NCBI GenBank assembly: GCA_964439255.1
Contig: CAYTOE010000001.1
Span: forward strand, 1 to 36,549
Length of the DNA: 36,549 nt
From: an uncultured Aquificales bacterium
Lineage (GTDB): Bacteria; Aquificota; Aquificia; Aquificales; Hydrogenothermaceae
Direction of reading: 5' to 3'
The position numbers were made by a program, and so were the translations under genes. This document shows positions 1 to 8,814 of the stretch, one piece after another. Below the pieces are notes generated by a model. That model was given only the letters and a program-made list of their open reading frames with translations. It had not been told where the DNA came from and ran no database searches. Numbering within the stretch: the stretch's first letter is position 1; each line of letters opens with the position of its first letter.

Positions 1-109
1 TTGGGGTTATAACATTCCTGTTAAATGTACCTTTTACAAAACCTTTTATCTGTTCTACAAATTTATCCGCTTTTTCTATATCAACTCCTGCATCTTTGTA
101 TGTTATCAT
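1..109 (-). CDS. purM: Phosphoribosylformylglycinamidine cyclo-ligase (AIR synthetase), N-terminal fragment running off the left edge
   Basis: Not in the ORF track because it is partial at the edge. The reverse complement of 1-109 starts at ATG (109-107) and reads MITYKDAGVDIEKADKFVEQIKGFVKGTFNRNVITP. This matches the conserved YKDAGVDI N-terminus of PurM. A GAGGAG Shine-Dalgarno lies just upstream (111-120, minus strand). Confidence 0.75.
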   Translation of the reverse strand, partial: MITYKDAGVDIEKADKFVEQIKGFVKGTFNRNVITP

Positions 110-128
110 CTCTTCTCCTCTGTAAGTT

Positions 129-908
129 TTATATTTTTCCACTGAAAAGCTCCTTTTGGGAAAAGCATTCCTTTTCAATTCTTTTTTTTGCAAGCTCAAA
201 GTACTCTCTACTTATTTCAACTCCGATACCTTTTCTATTCAGTTTCTGTGCTTCTATCAATGTTGTACCGCTTCCAGCAAAAGGGTCTAATACAGTATCC
301 CCAATATAACTAAACAGTTTTATACATCTTTTAGGGAGTTCTAAGGGAAATGGGGCCGGATGTCCTATCCTTTTTTTGCTTTCCCCTGAGAAAGTCCACA
401 TACCATTTGTCCACTGAATGAATTCCTCTTTTGTTATATCTGATATGCCTTTTTTCTCTTTCTTCCATCTGTTTTTATACAGAATAACTATCATCTCAAC
501 CGGTGCGATAACATAAGGCGCAGAAGCTGAAAGCCATGACCCCCATGCGGTTCTCCTTGAGATATTCTGTTCATTCCACACAACTGTTGATTGATACTTA
601 AAGCCTATTTTTTTAGCTAAAACTGTTATATCTGCATAAACACTTTCCATTCCACCTTTATTTTTATCTAAAGGGATATTAAGACATATTCTTCCATCAG
701 TTTTTAGAATAGATAAAGCTTTACTTAACCACTCTCCAGTCCATTCTAAATAACGTTTGTAGCTGATTTCATCGTTATGAGTTTCATACTCAATACCTAC
801 ATTGTAAGGTGGTGATGTTACAATCAGGTCTATAGAACTTTTTTCTAAATCAACATTCAGGAAATCTTCATTTATAAGAGTTATATTCTCTTTTCTCCAC
901 ACTTCCAT
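129..908 (-). CDS. Beta-class DNA amino-methyltransferase (probably N4-cytosine; N6-adenine not excluded), no partner endonuclease visible
   Basis: 259 aa. Motif IV DLIVTSPPYNVG near the N-terminus precedes motif I VLDPFAGSGTTLIEA near the C-terminus, which is the beta-class order. SPPY rather than DPPY is typical of m4C enzymes. Confidence 0.88.
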   Translation of the reverse strand: MEVWRKENITLINEDFLNVDLEKSSIDLIVTSPPYNVGIEYETHNDEISYKRYLEWTGEWLSKALSILKTDGRICLNIPLDKNKGGMESVYADITVLAKKIGFKYQSTVVWNEQNISRRTAWGSWLSASAPYVIAPVEMIVILYKNRWKKEKKGISDITKEEFIQWTNGMWTFSGESKKRIGHPAPFPLELPKRCIKLFSYIGDTVLDPFAGSGTTLIEAQKLNRKGIGVEISREYFELAKKRIEKECFSQKELFSGKI

Positions 909-909
909 G

Positions 910-1473
910 CTAAAGCCCTAAGTAATGCACAAGTATAAACATAACTATCCATGTGTACACACCTGCAACAATATCATCAGCCATTACTCCAAGTCCGGAT
1001 GGTAATTTTTCAAACCATTTTATAGGAGGCGGTTTGAGAATATCAAAAAACCTGAATATTACAAAAGCAAGAAATAGATGCTGGATACTTGGATAAAAGC
1101 CAATCATAGAAACCATATACCCAGCTATTTCGTCTATTACAATATACTCTGGGTCTTTTCCTTCTTTAAGGGTTTCTATAAGAACTGTTGATGCCCATAT
1201 ACCTATAAGAAAAACAGCCATTGTAATAGCGATCTGATTTATAAGCTGGTACTGACCACCTCTAAGCCAGTATATCAGTATCGGAAATACCCCAACAACT
1301 GTTCCTGCAGTCCCTGGTATTTTAGGAATTTTGCCTACAAAAAGCCCTGTCCCAAGCATATAAGCAATCATGAATTTCAGGCTATCTTCCGGTGCTTCTT
1401 CCTGGTTTTCTTTGTTTTTGTTAATACCTAAAACTTCCTGTTCCTCCACTTCCTGAACCTTTTTTTCTTCCAT
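910..1473 (-). CDS. pgpA: Phosphatidylglycerophosphatase A with an acidic N-terminal extension
   Basis: 187 aa. PgpA signatures are present: GKIPKIPGTAGT, FRFFDILKPPPIKW and GVMADDIVAGVY. GAGGA lies 6 nt upstream of the first ATG (1473). An internal Met at 1371 has only a weak SD. Confidence 0.85.
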   Translation of the reverse strand: MEEKKVQEVEEQEVLGINKNKENQEEAPEDSLKFMIAYMLGTGLFVGKIPKIPGTAGTVVGVFPILIYWLRGGQYQLINQIAITMAVFLIGIWASTVLIETLKEGKDPEYIVIDEIAGYMVSMIGFYPSIQHLFLAFVIFRFFDILKPPPIKWFEKLPSGLGVMADDIVAGVYTWIVMFILVHYLGL

Positions 1474-1516
1474 CTGAATCCTCTTTTTTAAGAATAAAAC
1501 ATTATTATAGCTAAAT

Positions 1517-1924
1517 TTAGATTTTCAAATCTTTTTTCATTCTTTTAATTAAATCTTCTATAAGGTAGTTTCCAAACTCACCTTTGTAGTCTTCCTGACA
1601 TCTGTAAATAAGGTGTTTTCCTTTATAAAGGGAAAATCTAAGATAACCATCAAAATCTGCCCCTGTTGATTTACCTTTTGGACTGTTACACTGGGAAAGT
1701 TTCATAGCATAAACATCTAAAACAAATGGACAGTTATTACTGACTTTAAATCCGTATTTTTCAAGTATTTTAGAAACATCTTTGTTAAGAAAGATATCTT
1801 TTCCTGTTATCTTAAAACAGTCTATCTTTTTTCCTACATAGGATTTATCAAAAACTTTTGAGTACATATTTTTACATGAAGAGAAAAACAGTATAAAAAC
1901 AAATAAAGGCAGTATTTTTTTCAT
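1517..1924 (-). CDS. Hypothetical lipoprotein
   Basis: 135 aa. The N-terminus MKKILPLFVFILFFSSC is a signal peptide with a lipobox-like Cys. The start overlaps the rimI stop by 1 nt. I recognise no family. Confidence 0.55.
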   Translation of the reverse strand: MKKILPLFVFILFFSSCKNMYSKVFDKSYVGKKIDCFKITGKDIFLNKDVSKILEKYGFKVSNNCPFVLDVYAMKLSQCNSPKGKSTGADFDGYLRFSLYKGKHLIYRCQEDYKGEFGNYLIEDLIKRMKKDLKI

Positions 1925-2382
1925 TACTTCACCTCTTTTTTTAGTAAAAGTGCATTTTCTCCATTTTTGTAGTAGTTTTTTCTCTGTCCAACAGGTATAA
2001 ATCCGAGCTTTTTATAAAAATCTATAGCATTTATATTTTTTTCAGAAACCTCAAGGTATATAGCTTTTACACCTTCTTTCTTTGCTAATTTTTCAAAACG
2101 GTTCATAAGTTTTCTACCAACACCTTTATTTTGAAACTCTTTTTTAACTGATATCATAAGGATATTTCCTTCATCTAAAATTATTTCACCATTTAAAAAA
2201 CCGACGATTTTTTCTTCATACAGAGCAACTAATTTTCTTGAAAATGGGTTTGAGGCGTTTATGATTTCAATAGACCATGGATTTTTAAAATTCTCTTTTA
2301 ATATAAAATAAACCTGTTTTGCATACTTATTTTTGTATTCTACAATTTCCAATTTTTCAGTCAAATCTTCTTTCAATTTCAA
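1924..2382 (-). CDS. rimI: GNAT N-acetyltransferase, RimI-like (ribosomal-protein-alanine acetyltransferase family)
   Basis: 152 aa. Contains the acetyl-CoA binding motif QNKGVGRKLM and a GNAT fold pattern (YLEVSEKNINAIDFYKKLGF). The size is typical of RimI. Confidence 0.7.
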   Translation of the reverse strand: MKLKEDLTEKLEIVEYKNKYAKQVYFILKENFKNPWSIEIINASNPFSRKLVALYEEKIVGFLNGEIILDEGNILMISVKKEFQNKGVGRKLMNRFEKLAKKEGVKAIYLEVSEKNINAIDFYKKLGFIPVGQRKNYYKNGENALLLKKEVK

Positions 2383-3283
2383 GAATTTTTTCTTTTATTT
2401 TTTGATGTGATAATTTTCTTTCAAGGATTATATCCACTGAGTCAAAATTTTCAAATGATTTAAATGTTAAAACCCTCTCTTTTTTGTAAAATACAGGGTC
2501 TTTTGGGGTAAACATGTATCTGTCAATATAAACCTCATCATCTTTTTCTTTAAAAATAACTGTCAGGTAAAGCTTAGGTTTTCCGTTGTCTGCTGTTGGG
2601 ATGTTATGGGGAATAGATACATTTTTTATAGTTATAAAAAGCTTCCTGCCTAATTTTTCTGCATCTATCTGTATATCCTGCTCTTTTATTATACCTGTTG
2701 GAAATGAATGATTATGAACCTCTTTTTTTCTGTGGAGATACTCAAATGGAAACTTTTGTATTAAACTTCCTGTTTTTGAAGGCATATGACAGTCCTGACA
2801 TTCTTTTCTTACCCCTGTTTCTTCCCACTGTTTGTAAGTTTTCTGATGACACCCAGAACATATTTTTGAAGTGGAGTAGTTAATATCTTTTGTTGATGGA
2901 TGAGGAGGTGAGAAAACATCGTACTCTCCATGCATTGATTTTGTATCCTCTCTGAAATGGCATGAAACACAGTTTATCCCATCATCCCTGTGTTTTTCTC
3001 TAAAATCCGGTTTTTCACCTATTTTTATCTCATATGGTATATGACAGTTGAAACATTTTGTTTTTCTATAGTTGTTTGTTACTTTTCTATATCCTTCACT
3101 TATCCAGCTTTTGCTGTGTCTTGAGTCTTTCCACTGGTTATATATATTTTTGTGACACTCTCCGCACCTTTTTGCTTCAGGCCTTTTAAGTAAATCCTCT
3201 TCCTGAAAAATTTTGAAAAAACTTTCACAACCACTAAATAAAAAAGAGGCAAAGAGGAGACTAATTATCCTTTTCATCTTCAT
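2357..3283 (-). CDS. Pentahaem c-type cytochrome, predicted lipoprotein
   Basis: 308 aa. The signal/lipobox is [10 protein letters not shown]. There are five CXXCH motifs (CGECH, CFNCH, CVSCH, CSGCH, CQDCH), all in the first ~165 aa. The C..CH......W..S.H pattern is typical of multihaem families. The C-terminal ~140 aa carry no haem motif. Confidence 0.85.
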   Translation of the reverse strand: MKMKRIISLLFASFLFSGCESFFKIFQEEDLLKRPEAKRCGECHKNIYNQWKDSRHSKSWISEGYRKVTNNYRKTKCFNCHIPYEIKIGEKPDFREKHRDDGINCVSCHFREDTKSMHGEYDVFSPPHPSTKDINYSTSKICSGCHQKTYKQWEETGVRKECQDCHMPSKTGSLIQKFPFEYLHRKKEVHNHSFPTGIIKEQDIQIDAEKLGRKLFITIKNVSIPHNIPTADNGKPKLYLTVIFKEKDDEVYIDRYMFTPKDPVFYKKERVLTFKSFENFDSVDIILERKLSHQKIKEKILEIERRFD

Positions 3284-4523
3284 AATCTAACTTACAGCTT
3301 TCACCCTGAAAGCTCTCTATTAAATGACCAAATTTGTTTTTTTTCGTCTCAAGGTAGTTCTGGTTATAAGGGTTTGGCTCTATTATAAGTGGAACTCTTT
3401 CCACAACTTCCAACCCGAAGCCTTCAAGGGCAACTATTTTTCTTGGGTTGTTTGTCATCAATTTCATTTTTCTCACACCAACATCAAGGAGTATCTGTGC
3501 ACCTGTTCCAAAATCCCTGAGGTCTGCCTTAAATCCTAATTTGTGGTTTGCATCTACTGTATCGTAACCTTCTTCTTGAAGTTTGTAAGCCTTAATTTTA
3601 TTTGTAAGTCCTATACCTCTACCTTCATGTCCCCTCATATAAACAAGTACACCTTTTCCTTCTTTGGATATCATCTTTAAGGCTGCATGTAGCTGAGACT
3701 GGCAATCACATCTCAATGAACCAAATATATCTCCTGTTAAACATTCTGAATGAACCCTTACAAGTGTTGGCTCTTCTGGTTTTATATCTCCCATAACGAG
3801 GGCTACATGTTCGGAGCCATCAAGCGTGTTTCTGTAAGCGTATATTTTGAAAGTTCCATATTTTGTTGGAAGGTGAGCTTCAGCTTCTCTTATTACTAAT
3901 TTTTCTTTTCTTAACCTGTATTGAACAAGGTCTGCTATTGTAACAATTTTGAGGTTATGTTCATTTGCAAACTTCATAAGGTCAGGAAGTCTTGCCATTG
4001 TTCCATCTTCTTTCATTATTTCACATATAACCCCTGCAGGATATAACCCTGCTAATCTTGCAAGGTCAACAGATGCTTCTGTATGCCCTGTTCTCTCAAG
4101 AACACCTCCCGGTTTTGCCATTAATGGAAAGACATGTCCAGGTCTCACAAAATCCTGAGGTTTAGCCTCCGGGCTGACAGCTAATTTTATTGTAATAGCT
4201 CTATCATAAGCAGATATACCTGTTGATGTTCCATACTTTGGATGAGCGTCTATAGAAAGACAGAATGCCGTTCCTTTAGGGTCTGTGTTATTGGTGGTCA
4301 TAAGAGGAATATCTAACTCTTTACACCTCTCAGGGAGTAATGAAAGACATATTAGTCCTCTTCCCTCTTTTGCCATGAAGTTTATTATCTCTGGAGTTAC
4401 TTTTTCTGCCGCAACAACTAAATCACCTTCATTTTCCCTATCAGGGTCATCCACAACAATAACCATTTTTCCCTTCTGGATATCTTCTATAGCTTCCTCA
4501 ATGGTGTTGAACTTGAAACTCAT
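3261..4523 (-). CDS. ribBA: Bifunctional 3,4-dihydroxy-2-butanone-4-phosphate synthase / GTP cyclohydrolase II
   Basis: 420 aa. The RibB half shows DRENEGDLV and [13 protein letters not shown]. The RibA half shows [24 protein letters not shown] and [16 protein letters not shown] lies 6 nt upstream of the ATG. Confidence 0.95.
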   Translation of the reverse strand: MSFKFNTIEEAIEDIQKGKMVIVVDDPDRENEGDLVVAAEKVTPEIINFMAKEGRGLICLSLLPERCKELDIPLMTTNNTDPKGTAFCLSIDAHPKYGTSTGISAYDRAITIKLAVSPEAKPQDFVRPGHVFPLMAKPGGVLERTGHTEASVDLARLAGLYPAGVICEIMKEDGTMARLPDLMKFANEHNLKIVTIADLVQYRLRKEKLVIREAEAHLPTKYGTFKIYAYRNTLDGSEHVALVMGDIKPEEPTLVRVHSECLTGDIFGSLRCDCQSQLHAALKMISKEGKGVLVYMRGHEGRGIGLTNKIKAYKLQEEGYDTVDANHKLGFKADLRDFGTGAQILLDVGVRKMKLMTNNPRKIVALEGFGLEVVERVPLIIEPNPYNQNYLETKKNKFGHLIESFQGESCKLDYEDEKDN

Positions 4524-4575
4524 TAACAGCCTCCAGGGAGTTTTGATAATAAATATAGACTATATTTATGATATT

Positions 4576-4857
4576 TCACTGTAGATTTAAAAGCCTGTCT
4601 ATTTCTTCTTCAGCTTTTTTTTCATAATCTTTTTCATCTATAGGTTCAAATATATTTCTTTTTCTCTTTTTTTTACCCATAGCTTCCATTTTTTTGCTTT
4701 TGATAGGTGCAGGTTTTACCTCTTCTGTGTATGTACCTGCAGGGGAACCTAAAAGAGCCTGCTGGATTCTCTTAGCTATTACAGGAAAATAATTCATATA
4801 AAGGTATATTAAAAATCCTATAGCCAAGATTCCCAACAAGGTTTTTATTTTATCCAT
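4576..4857 (-). CDS. Small hypothetical membrane protein (one N-terminal TM helix, Lys-rich tail)
   Basis: 93 aa ORF that leads the ribBA operon. The TM segment is LLGILAIGFLIYLYMNYF and the tail contains KKKRKR. The SD is weak and I recognise no family. Confidence 0.4.
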   Translation of the reverse strand: MDKIKTLLGILAIGFLIYLYMNYFPVIAKRIQQALLGSPAGTYTEEVKPAPIKSKKMEAMGKKKRKRNIFEPIDEKDYEKKAEEEIDRLLNLQ

Positions 4858-5022
4858 AGCTTTTTTCTCTTTCTAATATAATTTTCAACTTTTTTTCTTT
4901 TATAATCAACCTCTATTAATAAAATCTCGCCTAAATGTATTTCGACATATCACCACAAGTAATAAACCGTTATTAACGTAAGATATAATAGTTTTTTCAA
5001 AATTTGATTTCAGGTTTAAAAA

Positions 5023-6204
5023 ATGAAAAAGGTTGTATTGAAAAAAATTGGTGTAGAGAAACTAAAGTCGTTTAATCCATGGATTTACTATAACGAAATA
5101 AAAAAGATTCCTAAAAATATAGAAAAAGGAGAGGTTGTAGAGATATTCTCTCCTGAAGGTAAGTTTTTAGGAACAGGTTATATAAACACAGAAAGTAAAA
5201 TAACAGTCAGAATTCTTTCCTTTTTTAAAAGAGTCAGTTTTGACAAAAACCTTTTAGCTGAAAGAATCAAAAAAGCCTTTAAAAAAAGAAAACCACTTTT
5301 ATCAAAAACAAACAGTTTCAGGGTTGTTCACTCAGAAGCAGATAGTCTGCCAGGACTTATAATTGATTATTACGATGGGTATGTATCTATCCAGATTAAT
5401 ACAGCTGGAATGGAAACTGTAAGACATGAAATTTTAGAAGCTATCTTAGAAGTTTTACCTGTTAAGGGGATATATGAAAAGTCTGATAAAAATTCAAGGA
5501 AAAAAGAGGGTCTTGAAACTTCAGAAAAAGTTCTGTATGGAAATATACCTGAAGAGATTACAGTTAAAGAAAATAATACCAGTTTCATTGTTAATCTAAA
5601 GGAAGGTCAGAAAACAGGATTTTTCTTAGACCAGAGGAAAAACAGGGAAATTGTAGCCTCCTTTATTAAAAAAGGGTTTTCTGTTCTTGACCTTTTTTCA
5701 AACACCGGTGGTTTTGGTATATATGCAGCAAAAAATGGTGCTGAATATGTAAAGTTTGTTGATATATCTGAAAATGCAGTAAAACAGATTGAAAAAAACT
5801 GTGAGATAAATGGCTTATCCTCATATAACATTGTTAAGGCTGATGTTTTTGATTTCCTGAAAGAAGAAAAGAAAAAAGGAGCAATTTACGACCTTATTAT
5901 CATAGATCCTCCATCGTTTGCAAAAACAAAAAAAGAGAAAGAAGGAGCTTTAAGGGGATTTAAATATCTCATACTGAACAGTATAAAACTCCTCTCAGAG
6001 AATGGATTAATAGCTGTTTTCTCCTGTTCCCATCATGTAGGGATGGAAGATTTAAAAAAGGTTACCCTTTCTGCTTCAGTTGATGTAAAAACACCTGTTG
6101 AGATTTTAGAACATCTTTACCAGGATATAGACCACCCTTATATCCTGAACATACCAAACTCCCTTTATCTAAAGGGTTTTGTATTCAGAAAGTCCTCTAT
6201 CTAA
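5023..6204 (+). CDS. rlmI: Class I SAM-dependent rRNA (cytosine-C5) methyltransferase, RlmI/YccW-like (PUA + methyltransferase)
   Basis: 393 aa. Has a PUA-like N-terminus, the GQKTGFFLDQRKNRE motif, the SAM-binding loop LDLFSNTGGFGIYAA and motif IV IIIDPPSFAK. Confidence 0.82.
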   Translation: MKKVVLKKIGVEKLKSFNPWIYYNEIKKIPKNIEKGEVVEIFSPEGKFLGTGYINTESKITVRILSFFKRVSFDKNLLAERIKKAFKKRKPLLSKTNSFRVVHSEADSLPGLIIDYYDGYVSIQINTAGMETVRHEILEAILEVLPVKGIYEKSDKNSRKKEGLETSEKVLYGNIPEEITVKENNTSFIVNLKEGQKTGFFLDQRKNREIVASFIKKGFSVLDLFSNTGGFGIYAAKNGAEYVKFVDISENAVKQIEKNCEINGLSSYNIVKADVFDFLKEEKKKGAIYDLIIIDPPSFAKTKKEKEGALRGFKYLILNSIKLLSENGLIAVFSCSHHVGMEDLKKVTLSASVDVKTPVEILEHLYQDIDHPYILNIPNSLYLKGFVFRKSSI

Positions 6205-7264
6205 TTTTAAGTGTAGAGAGAGCTATAATGGCTAAGATAATAGATATTATCCACATACGCACAACAATTTTAGGCTCTGCCATTCCTTTAAGCTCAAAAT
6301 GATGGTGTAAAGGAGCCCTTTTGAAAAGTCTTTTTCCACCAGTTAGCCTGAAATAAGCAACCTGAAGAATAACCGAAAATGTCTCAACTACAAAAATACC
6401 ACCAACAATGGCAAGGACAATTTCCTGCTTTGTTATTATTGCTATAGTACCTAAAACAGCACCTATAGATAAAGCTCCGGCATCACCCATAAACATTTCA
6501 GCTGGAAAAGAATTAAACCAGAGGAATCCAAGACCTGCACCTAAAAGAGCCATTAAAAAAACCGTCAGTTCACCGCTACCTGATATGTGGGGGATGTGCA
6601 GGTAAGAAGATAGTATTGCATGCCCTGTTATGTAGGCAAATATAGAAAAGGCTGTAGCAGATATAAGAGAAGGTCCTATCGCAAGCCCATCAAGTCCATC
6701 TGTCAGATTTACAGCGTTGGAAGTTCCAACAATTATAAAAATCATAAACAGTACATAAAAAAATCCAAGGTCAAATTGGAGAAATTTTAAAAAAGGCATA
6801 TAAAGATGAGTATCAAATCCAGGATAATAGTAAAGAGCTAAAGAAACAGCCGTTGCAACCAACAGCTGAACTAAAAATTTTGATTTTGTTGAAAGTCCCT
6901 TCTTATTTTTTATTTTTATATAATCATCTAAACCACCAATAATGGCAAAAGAAACAAGAACAAAAAGGGTTATCCACACATAAAAGTTATCTAATCTGCA
7001 CCATAAAAGAGAAGAGATAACAACAGAAAGAACAATAAGAATTCCACCCATTGTTGGGGTGTGTTTTTTTGCTATATGTGTATCTGGGGTGTACTGTCTT
7101 ACATAACCTCCTTTTTTATACTGAAAGATTTTAAGCCTTCTTATAACGTAAGGACCAAGTATAAGAGAAATGCCAAATGAGGTGATAAGGGCATAAAAAG
7201 CCCTGAATGTTATGTATTTGAACAGGTTAATATCAAGAAGTTGATAAAAAATGTGGTATAACAT
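6197..7264 (-). CDS. mraY: Phospho-N-acetylmuramoyl-pentapeptide transferase
   Basis: 355 aa polytopic membrane protein. MraY motifs are present: KKHTPTMGGI, NAVNLTDGLDGLA, MGDAGALSIG and APLHHHFE. Confidence 0.95.
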   Translation of the reverse strand: MLYHIFYQLLDINLFKYITFRAFYALITSFGISLILGPYVIRRLKIFQYKKGGYVRQYTPDTHIAKKHTPTMGGILIVLSVVISSLLWCRLDNFYVWITLFVLVSFAIIGGLDDYIKIKNKKGLSTKSKFLVQLLVATAVSLALYYYPGFDTHLYMPFLKFLQFDLGFFYVLFMIFIIVGTSNAVNLTDGLDGLAIGPSLISATAFSIFAYITGHAILSSYLHIPHISGSGELTVFLMALLGAGLGFLWFNSFPAEMFMGDAGALSIGAVLGTIAIITKQEIVLAIVGGIFVVETFSVILQVAYFRLTGGKRLFKRAPLHHHFELKGMAEPKIVVRMWIISIILAIIALSTLKIR

Positions 7265-7849
7265 TTACAGATTTTCCAGTTCTCTATTTCTTGAAAAAAG
7301 TCTGTCTAAGATAATAGCAGAAGCATTTCTGACTGATAAATGGTTATACTCGCCGGGTCCCAAAATCGGTTCTAAAACATAGTCACAGCTTGAAACAAGT
7401 TCCTCAGGCATTCCCCAACCTGTTCCCATCAGTATAAGATAAACATCTTCCTTTTTTTCAATTTTTCTTCTCATTTCACTGTAAGATACCGTTTGGGGAT
7501 ATTTTTTTGCAGATGTTGCAATCAGTTTTGGCTCTTTTCCAGTCTCTTTTTTTATCTTTTCTATAGCTTCTGTTAGCGATGAAACAAGTCTTACAAGTTT
7601 TGCAGCTTCTGAACGCCTTGGATTAAATCTGCTACCAAAACCCTCAAGCCAGTATTTTATCTGTTCTGAGATAACAAACTGCTGGGCTTCAAGGGGCTGA
7701 ACGATAAAATACCCTCCAAGCTCATAAGTTCTTGCTGGTCTCGCTATATCATGGAAATCAAGGGTTGTAAAAGATGTAACAACCCATTTTTTATCTTTGT
7801 TTACAGCTGGGTAGTGAACAACAGAGATATAAACATGGCTATTTTCCAT
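7265..7849 (-). CDS. Predicted SPOUT-type SAM-dependent RNA methyltransferase (Methyltrn_RNA_4/DUF2168-like)
   Basis: 194 aa. The N-terminus VVHYPAVNKDKKWVVTSFTTLDFHDIARPARTY and the C-terminal GTGWG...NHLSVRNASAIILDRL resemble that family as I remember it. The stop abuts the mraY start. Confidence 0.6.
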   Translation of the reverse strand: MENSHVYISVVHYPAVNKDKKWVVTSFTTLDFHDIARPARTYELGGYFIVQPLEAQQFVISEQIKYWLEGFGSRFNPRRSEAAKLVRLVSSLTEAIEKIKKETGKEPKLIATSAKKYPQTVSYSEMRRKIEKKEDVYLILMGTGWGMPEELVSSCDYVLEPILGPGEYNHLSVRNASAIILDRLFSRNRELENL

Positions 7850-7853
7850 TTAA

Positions 7854-8456
7854 TTACCTCTTGTATCTCACGTACTTTATTGTTCCATCTGAAAAATGTA
7901 CTTCTTCAGGGTAAAATTTTACGATAAGTTCAGATAACGGTTTTTCTTTCACAAATCTGTGTTTTGGATTTTTATTATCATAAGTAAAGTAAACTGTGTA
8001 TCTTACCTTTTCTCCAGGTTTTATATCTGTGCCTTTGAAAAAGTTAAAAGCCTTGTTTATATTTACCTTTGTTTCCATTAAAGGTTTTTCTTTTTTATCA
8101 TAAATAACGATTTTACCTGTTATTGCAGAAACAGGTTTATTTAAGTTACTTTTAAACTCCATTTTAAGAATTATCTGGTCATCCCTTTTCCATAAACTTT
8201 CTTTTAAAGAAGCTTTTTCAAAATACTTTTTTAAGACTCTGTACCACACAATTTCATAAGGTTTTTTTGTTTCTAAAAAAGTCTTGTCTTCAGATATTGT
8301 TTCAACATTTTTAAACTCTTTTTTTCCTTCTAAGACTTTTATTTTTTCCTCAAGGAGTTTTACTTTCTTTTCAAGGATTTCTACCCGTTCTTCTAAACTC
8401 TGAGCATATCCAGATGTGAAGAAAAGAAGAGGAAGTATAAATAAAATCTTTTTCAT
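7854..8456 (-). CDS. Hypothetical secreted protein with an N-terminal coiled coil
   Basis: 200 aa. The signal peptide is MKKILFILPLLFFTSGYA/QS. It is followed by the heptad-like LEERVEILEKKVKLLEEKIKVLEGKK and then a beta-rich region. The start overlaps the secG stop by 4 nt. Confidence 0.55.
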   Translation of the reverse strand: MKKILFILPLLFFTSGYAQSLEERVEILEKKVKLLEEKIKVLEGKKEFKNVETISEDKTFLETKKPYEIVWYRVLKKYFEKASLKESLWKRDDQIILKMEFKSNLNKPVSAITGKIVIYDKKEKPLMETKVNINKAFNFFKGTDIKPGEKVRYTVYFTYDNKNPKHRFVKEKPLSELIVKFYPEEVHFSDGTIKYVRYKR

Positions 8457-8809
8457 TTTTTGCTTTCCCCTTTGTTTTCAGGGATATCAACATTTAAAGG
8501 TTGATTTTGATTAACAGGCTGGGTTTGTTGCTTTGTTTCTGGAATATCTGAAATAACTGTTGATGACTTAATCATATGGTGATGTATAAGGGAAAGTGCA
8601 AGAACTATAGCCATAAATAAACCACCAAGCCAGTAAGTTATTTTTGTTAAAACTGTTGATGCACCAGCTCCTAAAACTGCTGCAGCTGCACCTGCACCGA
8701 AAACAGCACCTACCTCAGCACCTTTTGTTTTTTGCATAAGAACAACAATAACAAGTAAAACCGCTATTATCACAAGAATAACAGATAGTATTGTGTATAA
8801 AAGCTCCAT
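8453..8809 (-). CDS. secG: Preprotein translocase subunit SecG
   Basis: 118 aa with two TM helices. Contains the SecG motif VLMQKTKGAEVGAVFG. It sits in the classic position just downstream of tpiA. Confidence 0.8.
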   Translation of the reverse strand: MELLYTILSVILVIIAVLLVIVVLMQKTKGAEVGAVFGAGAAAAVLGAGASTVLTKITYWLGGLFMAIVLALSLIHHHMIKSSTVISDIPETKQQTQPVNQNQPLNVDIPENKGESKK

Positions 8810-8814
8810 TTATA

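Noticed and set aside
25-309. A 94-aa plus-strand ORF spanning the purM start and the methyltransferase 3' end.
   Set aside because: It overlaps two supported minus-strand genes and their SD region. Its sequence is leucine/serine-rich and looks like noise.
1-1516. A search for a restriction endonuclease, specificity subunit or other defence partner next to the methyltransferase.
   Set aside because: Both neighbours are identifiable housekeeping genes (purM, pgpA) with gaps of at most 19 nt. No unassigned ORF of useful size exists on either strand.
4643-4650. GGTTCAAA, a T-loop-like string that could mark a tRNA.
   Set aside because: The flanks are AT-rich, with no acceptor, D or anticodon stems. 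It lies inside the small ORF. I found no tRNA-like GC-rich island anywhere in the window.
4524-4857. An FMN (RFN) riboswitch upstream of ribBA, and likewise at 34735-34755 upstream of ribH.
   Set aside because: The region is AT-rich and occupied by a plausible small ORF. No GGGCAGGGUGAAAUUCCC-type core or equivalent stems are present. The ribH spacer is only 21 nt.
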